DNA of 64,000 nucleotides from Isosphaeraceae bacterium (GTDB taxonomy: Bacteria > Planctomycetota > Planctomycetia > Isosphaerales > Isosphaeraceae): the NCBI GenBank assembly GCA_965201075.1, contig CBDAVP010000015.1:124001-188000 (forward strand), read 5' to 3'. The notes below the pieces were generated by a model that worked only from the letters and a program-made list of their open reading frames with translations, was not told the DNA's origin and did not search any database. A program made the position numbers and the translations under genes. Shown piece after piece: positions 37,166 to 46,303 of this stretch. Position 1 is the first letter of the stretch. The number at the start of each line of letters is the position of its first letter.

Positions 37166-38254
37166 TCAGATGTGCGAGCCGTCGGACGCGACTTCGTGGC
37201 GGGCCGGAGGGGTCACGGCTCTCCGGTTCGCGGCCCAGCGGCCTCGGGGACGCGCCTCGGGGTGGCCGGAAAGGGCGGCGAGAAAGGTAGCGGACCACAA
37301 CGAGACCGCGTAGCCCGCCTCGATGGCCAGGCGCGACGCCCGTCCCATCCGGGCCCTTGCCTCGGGGTCGGCGGCGAGGGAGCGGATGGCCTGAGCCCAC
37401 GCCAAGGGGGTTTCGGGCAGGTAGCCGTTGACGCCCGGCAGAATCATCCGCGAGTGAACGCCGACGGGGTTGGCCACCACCGGTAAGCCGGCCGCCTGGT
37501 ATTGCAGGGCCTTGAGCCCGCACTTGCCTCGGCTCCAAAGGTCGTTGGGAATCCAGCTGATGCCGATGTCCCCGGCGGCGATCTCCCGAGCCTCGGTGGA
37601 CTCGCTCCAGGCAATGGCGATCACGGGCAAGCGGCCGAGGTCGGGGGCTCGGTCGGCGATGAGCCGCAGCTTCAGGCCAGGGATCTCGCTGGCGAGGTGG
37701 TCCCACATGGCCCGTTGAAGTTCCAGTCCCTGCATCGTGCTGGAGGAGCCGACCCAGACGAGTTGAACGTCCGGGGAGGCCGCCCCGTGGACCTTTGGCG
37801 AATACTTGGCGGGGTCGACGCAGGTGGGGATGACCCGGACGCGATCGGGCCGGGCGCCGGCGTCGAGGGCGCAGCGGGCGAGGAAGTCGTTGCCGGCGAC
37901 CACCGCGTCGGCCAGGCGGACCGTTCGGGCGAATCGCGAAGCACGTCGGCGGCAGTGGGGGCCACGAGGGTCGTAGGAATCTCGATAGAGGACCGCGTCG
38001 TCGAAGTCGAAGACGAGGCGGCGGGCCATCCGTCGCAATCCCAGCAACTGCCAGGCAGGCAGAAGTTTGCGTTGGAGGAGCACGGTGTCGAAACGCGAGG
38101 CGCGGCGGAACTGTCGGGAACGGGCGAGGGGGTGGCGGGCCAGGCCCTCGACCGTCAGAGAGCCGCCGACGGCCTCCAGGGCCGGGGCGAATGCCCGAAC
38201 CCGGTAGCGTCCGCAGACGTGATCGGGCGCTTCCAGCAGCGCGAGAGCCTTCAT
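37166..38254 (-). CDS. Glycosyltransferase family 4
   Basis: FDFDDA, VIPTCVD, WVGS, GKCGLKALQYQAAGLPVVANPVG. Confidence 0.9.
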   Translation of the reverse strand: MKALALLEAPDHVCGRYRVRAFAPALEAVGGSLTVEGLARHPLARSRQFRRASRFDTVLLQRKLLPAWQLLGLRRMARRLVFDFDDAVLYRDSYDPRGPHCRRRASRFARTVRLADAVVAGNDFLARCALDAGARPDRVRVIPTCVDPAKYSPKVHGAASPDVQLVWVGSSSTMQGLELQRAMWDHLASEIPGLKLRLIADRAPDLGRLPVIAIAWSESTEAREIAAGDIGISWIPNDLWSRGKCGLKALQYQAAGLPVVANPVGVHSRMILPGVNGYLPETPLAWAQAIRSLAADPEARARMGRASRLAIEAGYAVSLWSATFLAALSGHPEARPRGRWAANRRAVTPPARHEVASDGSHI

Positions 38255-38484
38255 GGCCGCCGTCCTCCTTGACGGGTCGCCGGGTCCAAGCCGAGGACCA
38301 GCGCGGGCGCATGCTAACCGGGACCGCTCGGCTTGCCAAGGCGGATCGGGATTCGCCAGGGAGCCCGACGGGTTTCCTCGATCCGGCCGAGGGTTGAGGG
38401 GTCGCTGCGCACCCGTTAGGCTACCCAGTCGAACGGGTCGAGTCGCCCGCGAGGGGCCAGGTGGGACCGAGGGGGCGGGCGGAC

Positions 38485-39444
38485 GTGCAGATCACCAAGG
38501 CGGTTATCACCGCGGCCGGACGCGGCTCTCGGCATCATTTGACCTCCGACCCGGTCCAGCAGGCGATGATGCCGCTGGTTGACCGGGATGGCCGGGCCAA
38601 GCCGGTGATCCAGATCATTGCCGAGGAGGCAATGGACAGCGGCATCGAGGAAATCTGCGTCGTGGTCGCGCCCGGGGACGAAGTGGTTTACCGCGGGCAC
38701 TTCCAGTCCTACGTCGCGAACCTTCGACGAGACTCGGGTGACGCGGAGGGGGCCGAGGTTCAGGCGCGTCGGCTCGACGAACTGGAAGGGCGGTTGCGGT
38801 TCGCCGTCCAGGACGAGCCGCTGGGCTATGGTCACGCCGTCTGGTGCGCTCGGGAGTTCGCCGCCGGGGCGCCATTTCTTTTGCTTCTGGGAGATCACGT
38901 TTACGTCTCCCGCGAGGACCGGCGGTGCGCCCGGCAGTTGCTCGACCTGGCGGGAACCGAGGGATGCGCTGTCTCGGCCGTGCAGGCGACCCGGGAACAT
39001 CTGATCCACCAGTACGGCACTTTGACCGGCCGTCGTCAGCACGAGCGGCCCGACGTCTACCTGATTGACGAGATTCTGGAGAAGCCCGACCCCACGACCG
39101 CCGAGCTTCGACTTCAGGTGCCCGGTCTGCGGGCGGGGCATTATCTTTGCTTCTTTGGGATGCACGTCCTGACCCCGGCGATCTTTGAACTGCTGGGCGA
39201 GTCGATCTCGCGGGGTGTTGCTCAGGGGGGGGCGATTCCCTTGACCCAAGCCCTGAACGGTCTGGCCCGCCAGGAGAAATACCTGGCGCTGGAGACCCGG
39301 GGGACCCGGCACAACCTGGGCGTTCCTTATGGCGGGCTGGACGCGCAGATCGCGCTGGGACTGGCCGGCGTGGATCGGCAGAAGGTGCTGGCGGGCTTGC
39401 TGGAATCGATCCTCCGCATCGAGCAGGTCGAGGGGCGAGCCTGA
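38485..39444 (+). CDS. Sugar-phosphate nucleotidyltransferase (GalU-like)
   Basis: ITKAVITAAGRGSR, QDEPLGYGHAV, LLLGDH, EKP, LTQAL; GTG start at 38485. Confidence 0.85.
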   Translation: MQITKAVITAAGRGSRHHLTSDPVQQAMMPLVDRDGRAKPVIQIIAEEAMDSGIEEICVVVAPGDEVVYRGHFQSYVANLRRDSGDAEGAEVQARRLDELEGRLRFAVQDEPLGYGHAVWCAREFAAGAPFLLLLGDHVYVSREDRRCARQLLDLAGTEGCAVSAVQATREHLIHQYGTLTGRRQHERPDVYLIDEILEKPDPTTAELRLQVPGLRAGHYLCFFGMHVLTPAIFELLGESISRGVAQGGAIPLTQALNGLARQEKYLALETRGTRHNLGVPYGGLDAQIALGLAGVDRQKVLAGLLESILRIEQVEGRA

Positions 39445-39501
39445 ACGCTCCTCGACGTGACACGCCTTGCCTGTCCAATCCACCCCGCAGGAGCCTCCGG
39501 C

Positions 39502-42500
39502 GTGCCGTCCAGCCCGAGTCCCGGACCCCAAGGCGTTTCGCCACTCATCGAGGCGATCACCGCGACCGACCCGTCTCGGCGGGATCGCTCGGTCTTCGAC
39601 CTGATCGCCGGGATGAGCACGGCGGAGATTCCGCGGGCCTGCGAGGCGCTGGAGGCCTTCCGCAAGGGGTCGGAAAACCTGTACGAGCGGGTTCGGGCGT
39701 CGATGTTCTTGCAGGCGATTTATCGATACGTGTTGCAGGAGGCTCGCGAGCTTCCGGCCACCGGGTTGATCCCGTTTGCCGGCTTCGAGGACCTTTCGGC
39801 CCGGCGGTTCGAGCAGGCGATCGCGGCGTTTCTGAGCGTCCAGCGGCGGGACGGGCCCAACCGGGCTTTGGCCAGCGCCCTGGCCCGGGCTTATGAGCAG
39901 GTTTCGTATCAGACGCTGGCCGACCAGGTGCGGCGGTCGGTTCGTCATTGCCGGGGCAATCGCTGGATGTTCCGGGTGGGGACCGCCGACGAGCATCCCC
40001 TCCGATTGGTGCCGAGGCTGCTGGAGCGAGCCTCGGAAGGGTCGCTGTTCCCGATCCTGATCGAGCGGACGCCCGTGAGGCTGGACCTGTCGCACTCGGC
40101 CTGGTCGGACATTTTCTTTCTGGGGATGGATTTTCCCGAGGGAGCGCGGGTGCTGAACATCTCGGTCGACCTGGGGGTCCACGGGCGAGACCACGAGCCC
40201 CGGCCGCCGATCGAGACTTATGCGCGGGTGATCGCCGAGCCGGTCTTGAGGTTGACCAGTGTCGACCTGGGGGCGACCAAGGACGTAGCGAGTCTGGAGG
40301 AATTGTTCAACTTCGGCAACGACTACCTCGGGCTGGTCAAGGCGGGGGTGATCGCCTCGGGACTGGTGCCGCCGAGCCTGGAGGGGACCGGCGTGGCCCT
40401 GGCCGACGTGCTGGGACGGGTGATCCGGCCAGGGCATGGGCTGGAAGTCGTCAGCAAGGTCAACGACATTCCCAAGGGGTCGCGCCTGGCGGTTTCGACC
40501 AACCTGCTGGCCTCCTTGATCTCGTTGCTGATGAGGGCGACCGGCCAGGCAAGATCGCTGGTGGGTCCTCTGGACCCGGCCGAGGCTCCGGTGGTGGTGG
40601 CTCGAGCGATTTTGGGAGAGTGGCTGGGGGGGTCGGGCGGCGGCTGGCAGGATTCGGGCGGGATTTTCCCGGGGGTCAAGGCGATTCGGGGCGTCCCGAC
40701 CCGCGAGGATGACCCGGAGTGGGGGATCAGTCGCGGCCGATTGCTGCCGACCCACGAGCGCCTTGATCCTCCCTCCGAAACGGGAACCTCGCCGTTTCAT
40801 GAGGCGCTGGCCGAAAGCCTGGTGCTGGTCCACGGCGGGATGGCCCAGAACGTCGGGCCGATTTTGAACATGGTGACGGAGAAGTATCTGCTGAGGTCGG
40901 CCGGGGAGTGGGAGGCACGCGGCGAGGCCCTGCGAATCTTCGAGAAGATTGTCGAGGCGGTGGGTCGAGCGGATGTCCGCGAACTGGGGGCATTGACGAC
41001 GGCCAACTGGGACGGGCCGTTGAAGCGGATCATTCCCTGGGTGTCGAACCGGTTCACCGAGCGGATCATCGCCGAGGCGAAGCAGGCCCTGGGCGCGGAT
41101 TTCTGGGGCTTCTTGATGCTGGGGGGAATGTCGGGCGGGGGGATGGGCTTTTTCGTAGCGCCTCATCGCAAAGGGGCGTTCCGCGGCGAGATGGCGGCGA
41201 TCCTGGCGAGGGTCAAGGCCGAGCTGGACGACGCCCTGCCGTTCGCGATGGAGCCGGTGGTTTATGACTTCCGCATCAACCCCCTGGGAACCGCCAGCGA
41301 ACTGATCGAGGGAGAGGCTGCGAGCCTGCCAGCGCGCTATTACACGATGCAGGTGCCGGTGATGATCGCCGCCGGGCCGGAGTCGCTGCATGAGTCGCGG
41401 AGGGCCGATGTCGACCACTTCGTCGACCACTGCCCGGACAGCGAGGAGCTTCAACGCGTCTTCCGAACGATGATCCACAAGCTGTTTCCGGTGACGGGTT
41501 CGTCGGCCGAGTCGGCCAGCGCGGGTTGGGATCGCGAAGCCGAGCGGGTCCGGGTCGAGAATGGCTTCGACGCCGTGCAGCACGAGCAGTTGCGCGAGGA
41601 CCTGCGGCGAGGACGGATTGGGCTGGCCCGCAACCGCCTGCCCGTGGACACCGACATCCGCGACGTGGACGATTCGGACCTGGTTCGCGCTGATGGGCCA
41701 ATCCCCGCCGAGGCGGTCGCGGTCGGCGAGGCGGCCTTGCGACGAGGAGAGGTGGCGGTGGTCTCGCTGGCCGCGGGGGTGGGGAGTCGGTGGACCACCG
41801 GGGCGGGAGTGGTCAAGGCGATCAACCCGTTCCTGATGCTCGGCGGGCAGCACCGCGGCTTCCTGGAACTGCACCTTGCCAAAACGCGAAGGGCGATGCG
41901 TCGGCAAGGGGCGACAATCCCCCATGTCATCACGACGAGTTTCCTGACGCACTCGGCGATCGCGAGGCATCTGGAAGCCACCGGCAACCATGGGCACGAC
42001 GGGCCGGTGATCCTGTCGAGGGGGCAGTCGATTGGTCAGCGGCTGATCCCGATGGCGAGGGACCTGACGTTTCTCTGGGAGGAGCAGGTTCACGAGGCGT
42101 TGGACGAGAACAAACAGAAGGTCCGCGAGGCGGGGCGTCGGGCGATCTTGGGTTGGGCCAGGTCTCGGGGCGAGGGGTCGGACTATACCGACAACGTGCC
42201 AATCCAGCGATTCAACCCGCCGGGGCACTTCTACGAGGTCCCGACCTTGCTGCGCAACGGCGTGCTGGCGGGACTGCTGAGGGAACGGCCAAGCCTGCGA
42301 TGGTTGATGGTGCATAACATCGACACGCTGGGGGCGGACGTTGATCCGGGGGTGTTGGGCCTGGCGATCGGGTCTGGGGCGACCCTGGGTTGTGAGGTGA
42401 TCGCCCGGCGAATCGACGACCGGGGCGGCGGGTTGGCCAAGGTCGGCGGCCGGTTGCGACTCCTGGAAGGGCTGGCGGCGCCCAGGGAGGACACCGAGTT

Positions 42501-42879
42501 CCGCCTGCGATACTACAACTCGGCGACGACCTGGGTGGACATCGACGGACTGCTGAAGGCTTTTGGGCTGACAAGGGACAACCTGGAACACGACCCCGAC
42601 ACGGTGACGGCGGCCATCCGAGCGATGGCGGCGAGGGTGCCGACGTATGTCACCATCAAGGACGTGAAGCGCCGGTGGGGCCATGCCCAGGAGGATGTTT
42701 TCCCCGTCGCCCAGTTCGAGAAACTCTGGGGAGACCTGACGAGCCTGCCGGATTTGCCCTGCGCGTTCCTGGCGGTCGACCGACGCCGGGGACAGCAGTT
42801 GAAGGACGTCGCGCAGCTCGACGGGTGGGCGAATGATGGGAGCATGGCTTACGTCCGGGACCTTTGCGATCTCGGTTGA
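39502..42879 (+). CDS. Fused GHMP sugar kinase / UDP-sugar pyrophosphorylase (UDPGP family)
   Basis: PVRLDL, IPKGSRLAVSTNL, GSGGGWQD, LGGMSGGG (GHMP); LAAGVGSRW, PPGHFYE, HNIDTLGA, QFEK (UDPGP); AGGAG RBS before GTG 39502 (ORF track starts at 39457). Confidence 0.8.
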   Translation: MPSSPSPGPQGVSPLIEAITATDPSRRDRSVFDLIAGMSTAEIPRACEALEAFRKGSENLYERVRASMFLQAIYRYVLQEARELPATGLIPFAGFEDLSARRFEQAIAAFLSVQRRDGPNRALASALARAYEQVSYQTLADQVRRSVRHCRGNRWMFRVGTADEHPLRLVPRLLERASEGSLFPILIERTPVRLDLSHSAWSDIFFLGMDFPEGARVLNISVDLGVHGRDHEPRPPIETYARVIAEPVLRLTSVDLGATKDVASLEELFNFGNDYLGLVKAGVIASGLVPPSLEGTGVALADVLGRVIRPGHGLEVVSKVNDIPKGSRLAVSTNLLASLISLLMRATGQARSLVGPLDPAEAPVVVARAILGEWLGGSGGGWQDSGGIFPGVKAIRGVPTREDDPEWGISRGRLLPTHERLDPPSETGTSPFHEALAESLVLVHGGMAQNVGPILNMVTEKYLLRSAGEWEARGEALRIFEKIVEAVGRADVRELGALTTANWDGPLKRIIPWVSNRFTERIIAEAKQALGADFWGFLMLGGMSGGGMGFFVAPHRKGAFRGEMAAILARVKAELDDALPFAMEPVVYDFRINPLGTASELIEGEAASLPARYYTMQVPVMIAAGPESLHESRRADVDHFVDHCPDSEELQRVFRTMIHKLFPVTGSSAESASAGWDREAERVRVENGFDAVQHEQLREDLRRGRIGLARNRLPVDTDIRDVDDSDLVRADGPIPAEAVAVGEAALRRGEVAVVSLAAGVGSRWTTGAGVVKAINPFLMLGGQHRGFLELHLAKTRRAMRRQGATIPHVITTSFLTHSAIARHLEATGNHGHDGPVILSRGQSIGQRLIPMARDLTFLWEEQVHEALDENKQKVREAGRRAILGWARSRGEGSDYTDNVPIQRFNPPGHFYEVPTLLRNGVLAGLLRERPSLRWLMVHNIDTLGADVDPGVLGLAIGSGATLGCEVIARRIDDRGGGLAKVGGRLRLLEGLAAPREDTEFRLRYYNSATTWVDIDGLLKAFGLTRDNLEHDPDTVTAAIRAMAARVPTYVTIKDVKRRWGHAQEDVFPVAQFEKLWGDLTSLPDLPCAFLAVDRRRGQQLKDVAQLDGWANDGSMAYVRDLCDLG

Positions 42880-42926
42880 GATGGCGACAAGCTTGGTCCG
42901 ATTCCTCGAAGAAGCCTGCCCAAAAC

Positions 42927-44918
42927 TTAGACGCGGCGGCGTCGCCAGCGGTCCAGTGAGAGTCCGCCCCAGCCGAGGAGCGGGAGGGCCAGGGCCAGGC
43001 CGCCGAGGAGGGCGTAAGTTCCGAAGAGAGTTCGGCGCGTTTTTTCCAGACTTTCATCCAGGGGGCAGATGATCTCCAGGACGCCCCGGACGTCGCCGAC
43101 CTTCCAGTCGGTTTTCTGGAGAGCGGGGTAACGCTTGGCGTCGTTGTGACAGGACAGGCAGCGGGCGCTCATGACCAGCGGCGTGGCGTAGCGGAGAACT
43201 TGAAGGCCGTTGTACTTGTCGAAGCGGTAGAAGGGCTTATCCTTCTCGCCGGTCGTTTCATAGTACTTCAGGGCGTCGAGGCCGAAGCGGTGGCGGGGTG
43301 GACTGTCGGGTCGTTCGCGGAAGGGGTAGCGACTATACATCTGGAGGCGGAGAAAGTTGCGGCCGCCGCCGCGGGACTCGTCGGCGTCGTCGGCCTCGCG
43401 TTCGACACGCTCTCCCAGGAGGATCGTGAAGCGGGCGGGGATCGGGATGACCGGTTTTTCCTCGTCGGGGAAGCGGTGGGTGGCCTCGACGCCGGCCTTC
43501 TTGGCCGAGGTGGTGACCTCGGTGTAGAGCTTGTTGACTTCCTTGAGCACCTGGGTCTGCTGGGCCGCCCCTTCGAGGGCGGTCTGTTCCACCATCGAGC
43601 GGGAAAGGCGGAAGAGACTCCACTGGCCGAGGATGGCGACGATGACGGCCGTGGCCAGGAGGCTGGCGGGAATCGGGTTGCGCAGACACCAGCGGCCGAG
43701 GCGGGCCGGGGGAGAGGCGGGTCGAGCGCGGATCGGCTCGGCGTGAAGGTAGCGCTGAAGATCATCGGCCAGGGCCAGTGCCGATCGATAACGCCTCCTG
43801 GGGTCTTTTTCGAGGCAACGCAGGGCGATCGCTTCCAGGTCTTTCGGCACTTGCCTGCGCAATTGGCGAGGGGGCTGGGGCGGGGTCGAGACGACCTGGC
43901 CGATCAGGTCGGGGATCGTGGTGGCGTGGAAGGGGGTCCGTCCGGTGAGAAGTTCGTAAAGGATACAGCCGAGGGAATAGACGTCGGTGGCGGGGCCGAT
44001 GTCCTCGACGCGTCCCTGGGCCTGCTCGGGAGCCATGTAGAGGGGAGTTCCGCTGACCTCGCCGGCCCGGTGGGGGGCGAAGTCGTCGTCGATGCGCTGG
44101 GCGAGGCCGAAATCGGTGATCTTGGGGACGCCGTAGAGCTGGGCGGCTTCGAGGCCGGAGCCCTGGGCGGATTCGTGGTAGTCGTCGCCGATGGTGGGCG
44201 GGTCGAGCAGGATGTTGGCGGGTTTCAGGTCCCGGTGAATGATTCCGCGCAGGTGGGCGGCGTGGACGGCGCGGGCGAGGCTTTCGACAAGCTGGGCGGT
44301 GGCCCGGAGGGGCTGTGGCTGGCCGTTGAGGCGTCCCTTGAGCGTTCCGCCGGTGGCGAATTCGAGGGCGAGGTAGGGGCGACCGGCGTACTCGCCAATC
44401 TCGAAGATCTGGATGACGTTGGGGTTGTGGAGGCGGGCGACGGCCTCGGCCTCGGCCTGGATACTGGCGACGGCGTGGGGGCCGACCTCGGGGCCGAACG
44501 CCAGGAGCTTGAGGGCGACGACTCGCTTGAGCCGCTCATGACGGGCCTTGTAGACCACGCCCATGCCGCCGCGGCCGACCTCGCCGAGGATTTGATAGCC
44601 AGGGATCACCGGCTCGCCCGGCCTGGGGACGCGGTTGGCCCAGGACGGGGGCGTTTGGGGAGTCCAGGCCTCGGTTGGGTTGGCGGCCTGGGTCGGAGTG
44701 TCGGGGTGGCCGCCAAAGGGAGAGGTGACCCAATCGGCGGGGGGACGTGGAGGCGTGGGCGGCGGCGGGGGAGCGGGCGACGCGAATGGTGGTGGTCCGA
44801 CCTGAAACGGCTGGCCGCAGAGGGGGCAGCGGACCGAGGCGCCCACCGGCATCGGCTTGCGGGATTTCAGCAACCGGCGGCAGTGCGGACATTCCACCTG
44901 TAGCGATGCTTCGCTCAT
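42927..44918 (-). CDS. Hanks-type Ser/Thr protein kinase with N-terminal zinc ribbon and C-terminal DUF3365-like heme-c sensor domain
   Basis: CPHC/CPLC; GRGGMGVVY, VALK, HRDLKPANIL, DFGLA, GTPLYMAPE; two TM segments flanking PARF...SRYPF...CLSCH...WKVGDVRGVLEI. Confidence 0.9.
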   Translation of the reverse strand: MSEASLQVECPHCRRLLKSRKPMPVGASVRCPLCGQPFQVGPPPFASPAPPPPPTPPRPPADWVTSPFGGHPDTPTQAANPTEAWTPQTPPSWANRVPRPGEPVIPGYQILGEVGRGGMGVVYKARHERLKRVVALKLLAFGPEVGPHAVASIQAEAEAVARLHNPNVIQIFEIGEYAGRPYLALEFATGGTLKGRLNGQPQPLRATAQLVESLARAVHAAHLRGIIHRDLKPANILLDPPTIGDDYHESAQGSGLEAAQLYGVPKITDFGLAQRIDDDFAPHRAGEVSGTPLYMAPEQAQGRVEDIGPATDVYSLGCILYELLTGRTPFHATTIPDLIGQVVSTPPQPPRQLRRQVPKDLEAIALRCLEKDPRRRYRSALALADDLQRYLHAEPIRARPASPPARLGRWCLRNPIPASLLATAVIVAILGQWSLFRLSRSMVEQTALEGAAQQTQVLKEVNKLYTEVTTSAKKAGVEATHRFPDEEKPVIPIPARFTILLGERVEREADDADESRGGGRNFLRLQMYSRYPFRERPDSPPRHRFGLDALKYYETTGEKDKPFYRFDKYNGLQVLRYATPLVMSARCLSCHNDAKRYPALQKTDWKVGDVRGVLEIICPLDESLEKTRRTLFGTYALLGGLALALPLLGWGGLSLDRWRRRRV

Positions 44919-45011
44919 GAACCGCGGCCCCTTGGTCGATCGGGAATCCCACTGTTATACGCGGACTGACCTGGACAAGGGACAGGGCACGGAGCTTGGG
45001 CCGGAGATTGC

Positions 45012-46100
45012 TCAAAGCTCGCAAAGACCGGCCATTTCGCGAAGCGTGGCCTGGGCGACGGGGGCGGGGCAGGACCAGACGAGGAAGAAGAGTGCCTGGC
45101 GGGCCCAGCGCTGGGCGGGTTCGGAGCGGAGGAAGCCGGTGCCCTTGCGGGCGGTCAGGAACGCCTGGGTGGCGTCGAGGACGAACGTGTTGGCGCGGGC
45201 GCGGAGGGCGCCGGGCTCGGCGGCTCCGGGGGTTTCGGCGGCGCGGGCCAGGAGGTCGTTGGCGAGGCGCGCCCAGCCTTCAGAGAGGGCCGCGAGGGCG
45301 GGAATGAGGTCGTCCCGAGAGGTGGCGAGGTCGTGGAGAGCGGCGAGAGCGGCCCTCGCCTGGCCCAGCGCCAGGGCCGAGGTTTCGAGGCCGCCGGTTC
45401 CTCCCGATTTGGCCGAGGCCATGACGTCGGGATCGGGGCCGGCCAGGATGTCCTCGGGCTCGACCGGGACCGCGGCGCAGGCGACCTCGCTGGTGCATGA
45501 CGCCTGGAGAGCGGAAAGGGCAAACGGGGGATGGACGACCAGGCCGGGACGGTCGGCCGGCAGGGCGATGAGGAGTTGACCGCCGTCGTCGAGGGTGGCG
45601 CCGGCGACGAACAGGTCGGCCCGGGGGGCGGCCGTGACCCAGGGCATCGAGCCGTCGAGGGTGTATCCGGTTCCCGAAGGAGTGGCGCGGAGGGCCTGGG
45701 GTCCTCGGCGTCGGGAGGTGGTCAGTTGCGAGAGGCCGACGGTGGCGAACGCCTGGCCGCCGCCCAGGGCCGAGAGCCAGCGGATGGCGCGGGGGTGGGA
45801 CGGCCCCGCGGCCATGAGGCGGCGGACGGCGGCGTCGAACTGGGTCAGCACGAAGGCGGCGGTGAGGCTTCCCTCGGCGATTCGGGCGTAGCGGCGGATC
45901 AGGGCGGGACGGTCCAGTCCCGAGCCGGGCAACGCCCAGCGGTGGGCGCCGGCGACTGTCAGGAGGGTCCAGAGTGGTTCCGACCAGGAATTGGCTTCAT
46001 CCACGGCGCCATCCGCCTCGGCCAGCTGGGCGACCAGGAGTGATTCCCCCTCGGGCTCGGGTCCTGGCCAGGTCGGCAGGGGTTGGGAGGTGTCGGGCAT
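45012..46100 (-). CDS. Acyl-CoA dehydrogenase family protein
   Basis: TAAFVLTQ, FATVGLSQLTT, LDGSMPWVT, ARKGTGF, RWARQALFFLVWSCP. Confidence 0.8.
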   Translation of the reverse strand: MPDTSQPLPTWPGPEPEGESLLVAQLAEADGAVDEANSWSEPLWTLLTVAGAHRWALPGSGLDRPALIRRYARIAEGSLTAAFVLTQFDAAVRRLMAAGPSHPRAIRWLSALGGGQAFATVGLSQLTTSRRRGPQALRATPSGTGYTLDGSMPWVTAAPRADLFVAGATLDDGGQLLIALPADRPGLVVHPPFALSALQASCTSEVACAAVPVEPEDILAGPDPDVMASAKSGGTGGLETSALALGQARAALAALHDLATSRDDLIPALAALSEGWARLANDLLARAAETPGAAEPGALRARANTFVLDATQAFLTARKGTGFLRSEPAQRWARQALFFLVWSCPAPVAQATLREMAGLCEL

Positions 46101-46303
46101 GGAGTCGTTCCTGTATTGAGTGGCGAGTCGGGAAGATTTCCTTTTCCCTAGCGCGGGCTCTCGCGCGTTTCAATGAGCCGAACCGGCTCGGGGTCTCGGC
46201 CGCGGCAGTTCTGGAAAAAGAAAAGCTTGGGTGGCGGAGGGCCCACCCCGCCCCCGGATTTTCGGACGGGCGGAGTGGGTATGCGACATGCTGGAGAGAT
46301 CCG

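Noticed and set aside
38416..42684. 1422-aa minus-strand ORF
   Set aside because: Antisense shadow of the nucleotidyltransferase and kinase/UDPGP genes; no motifs; long stop-free antisense frames are common at this GC content.
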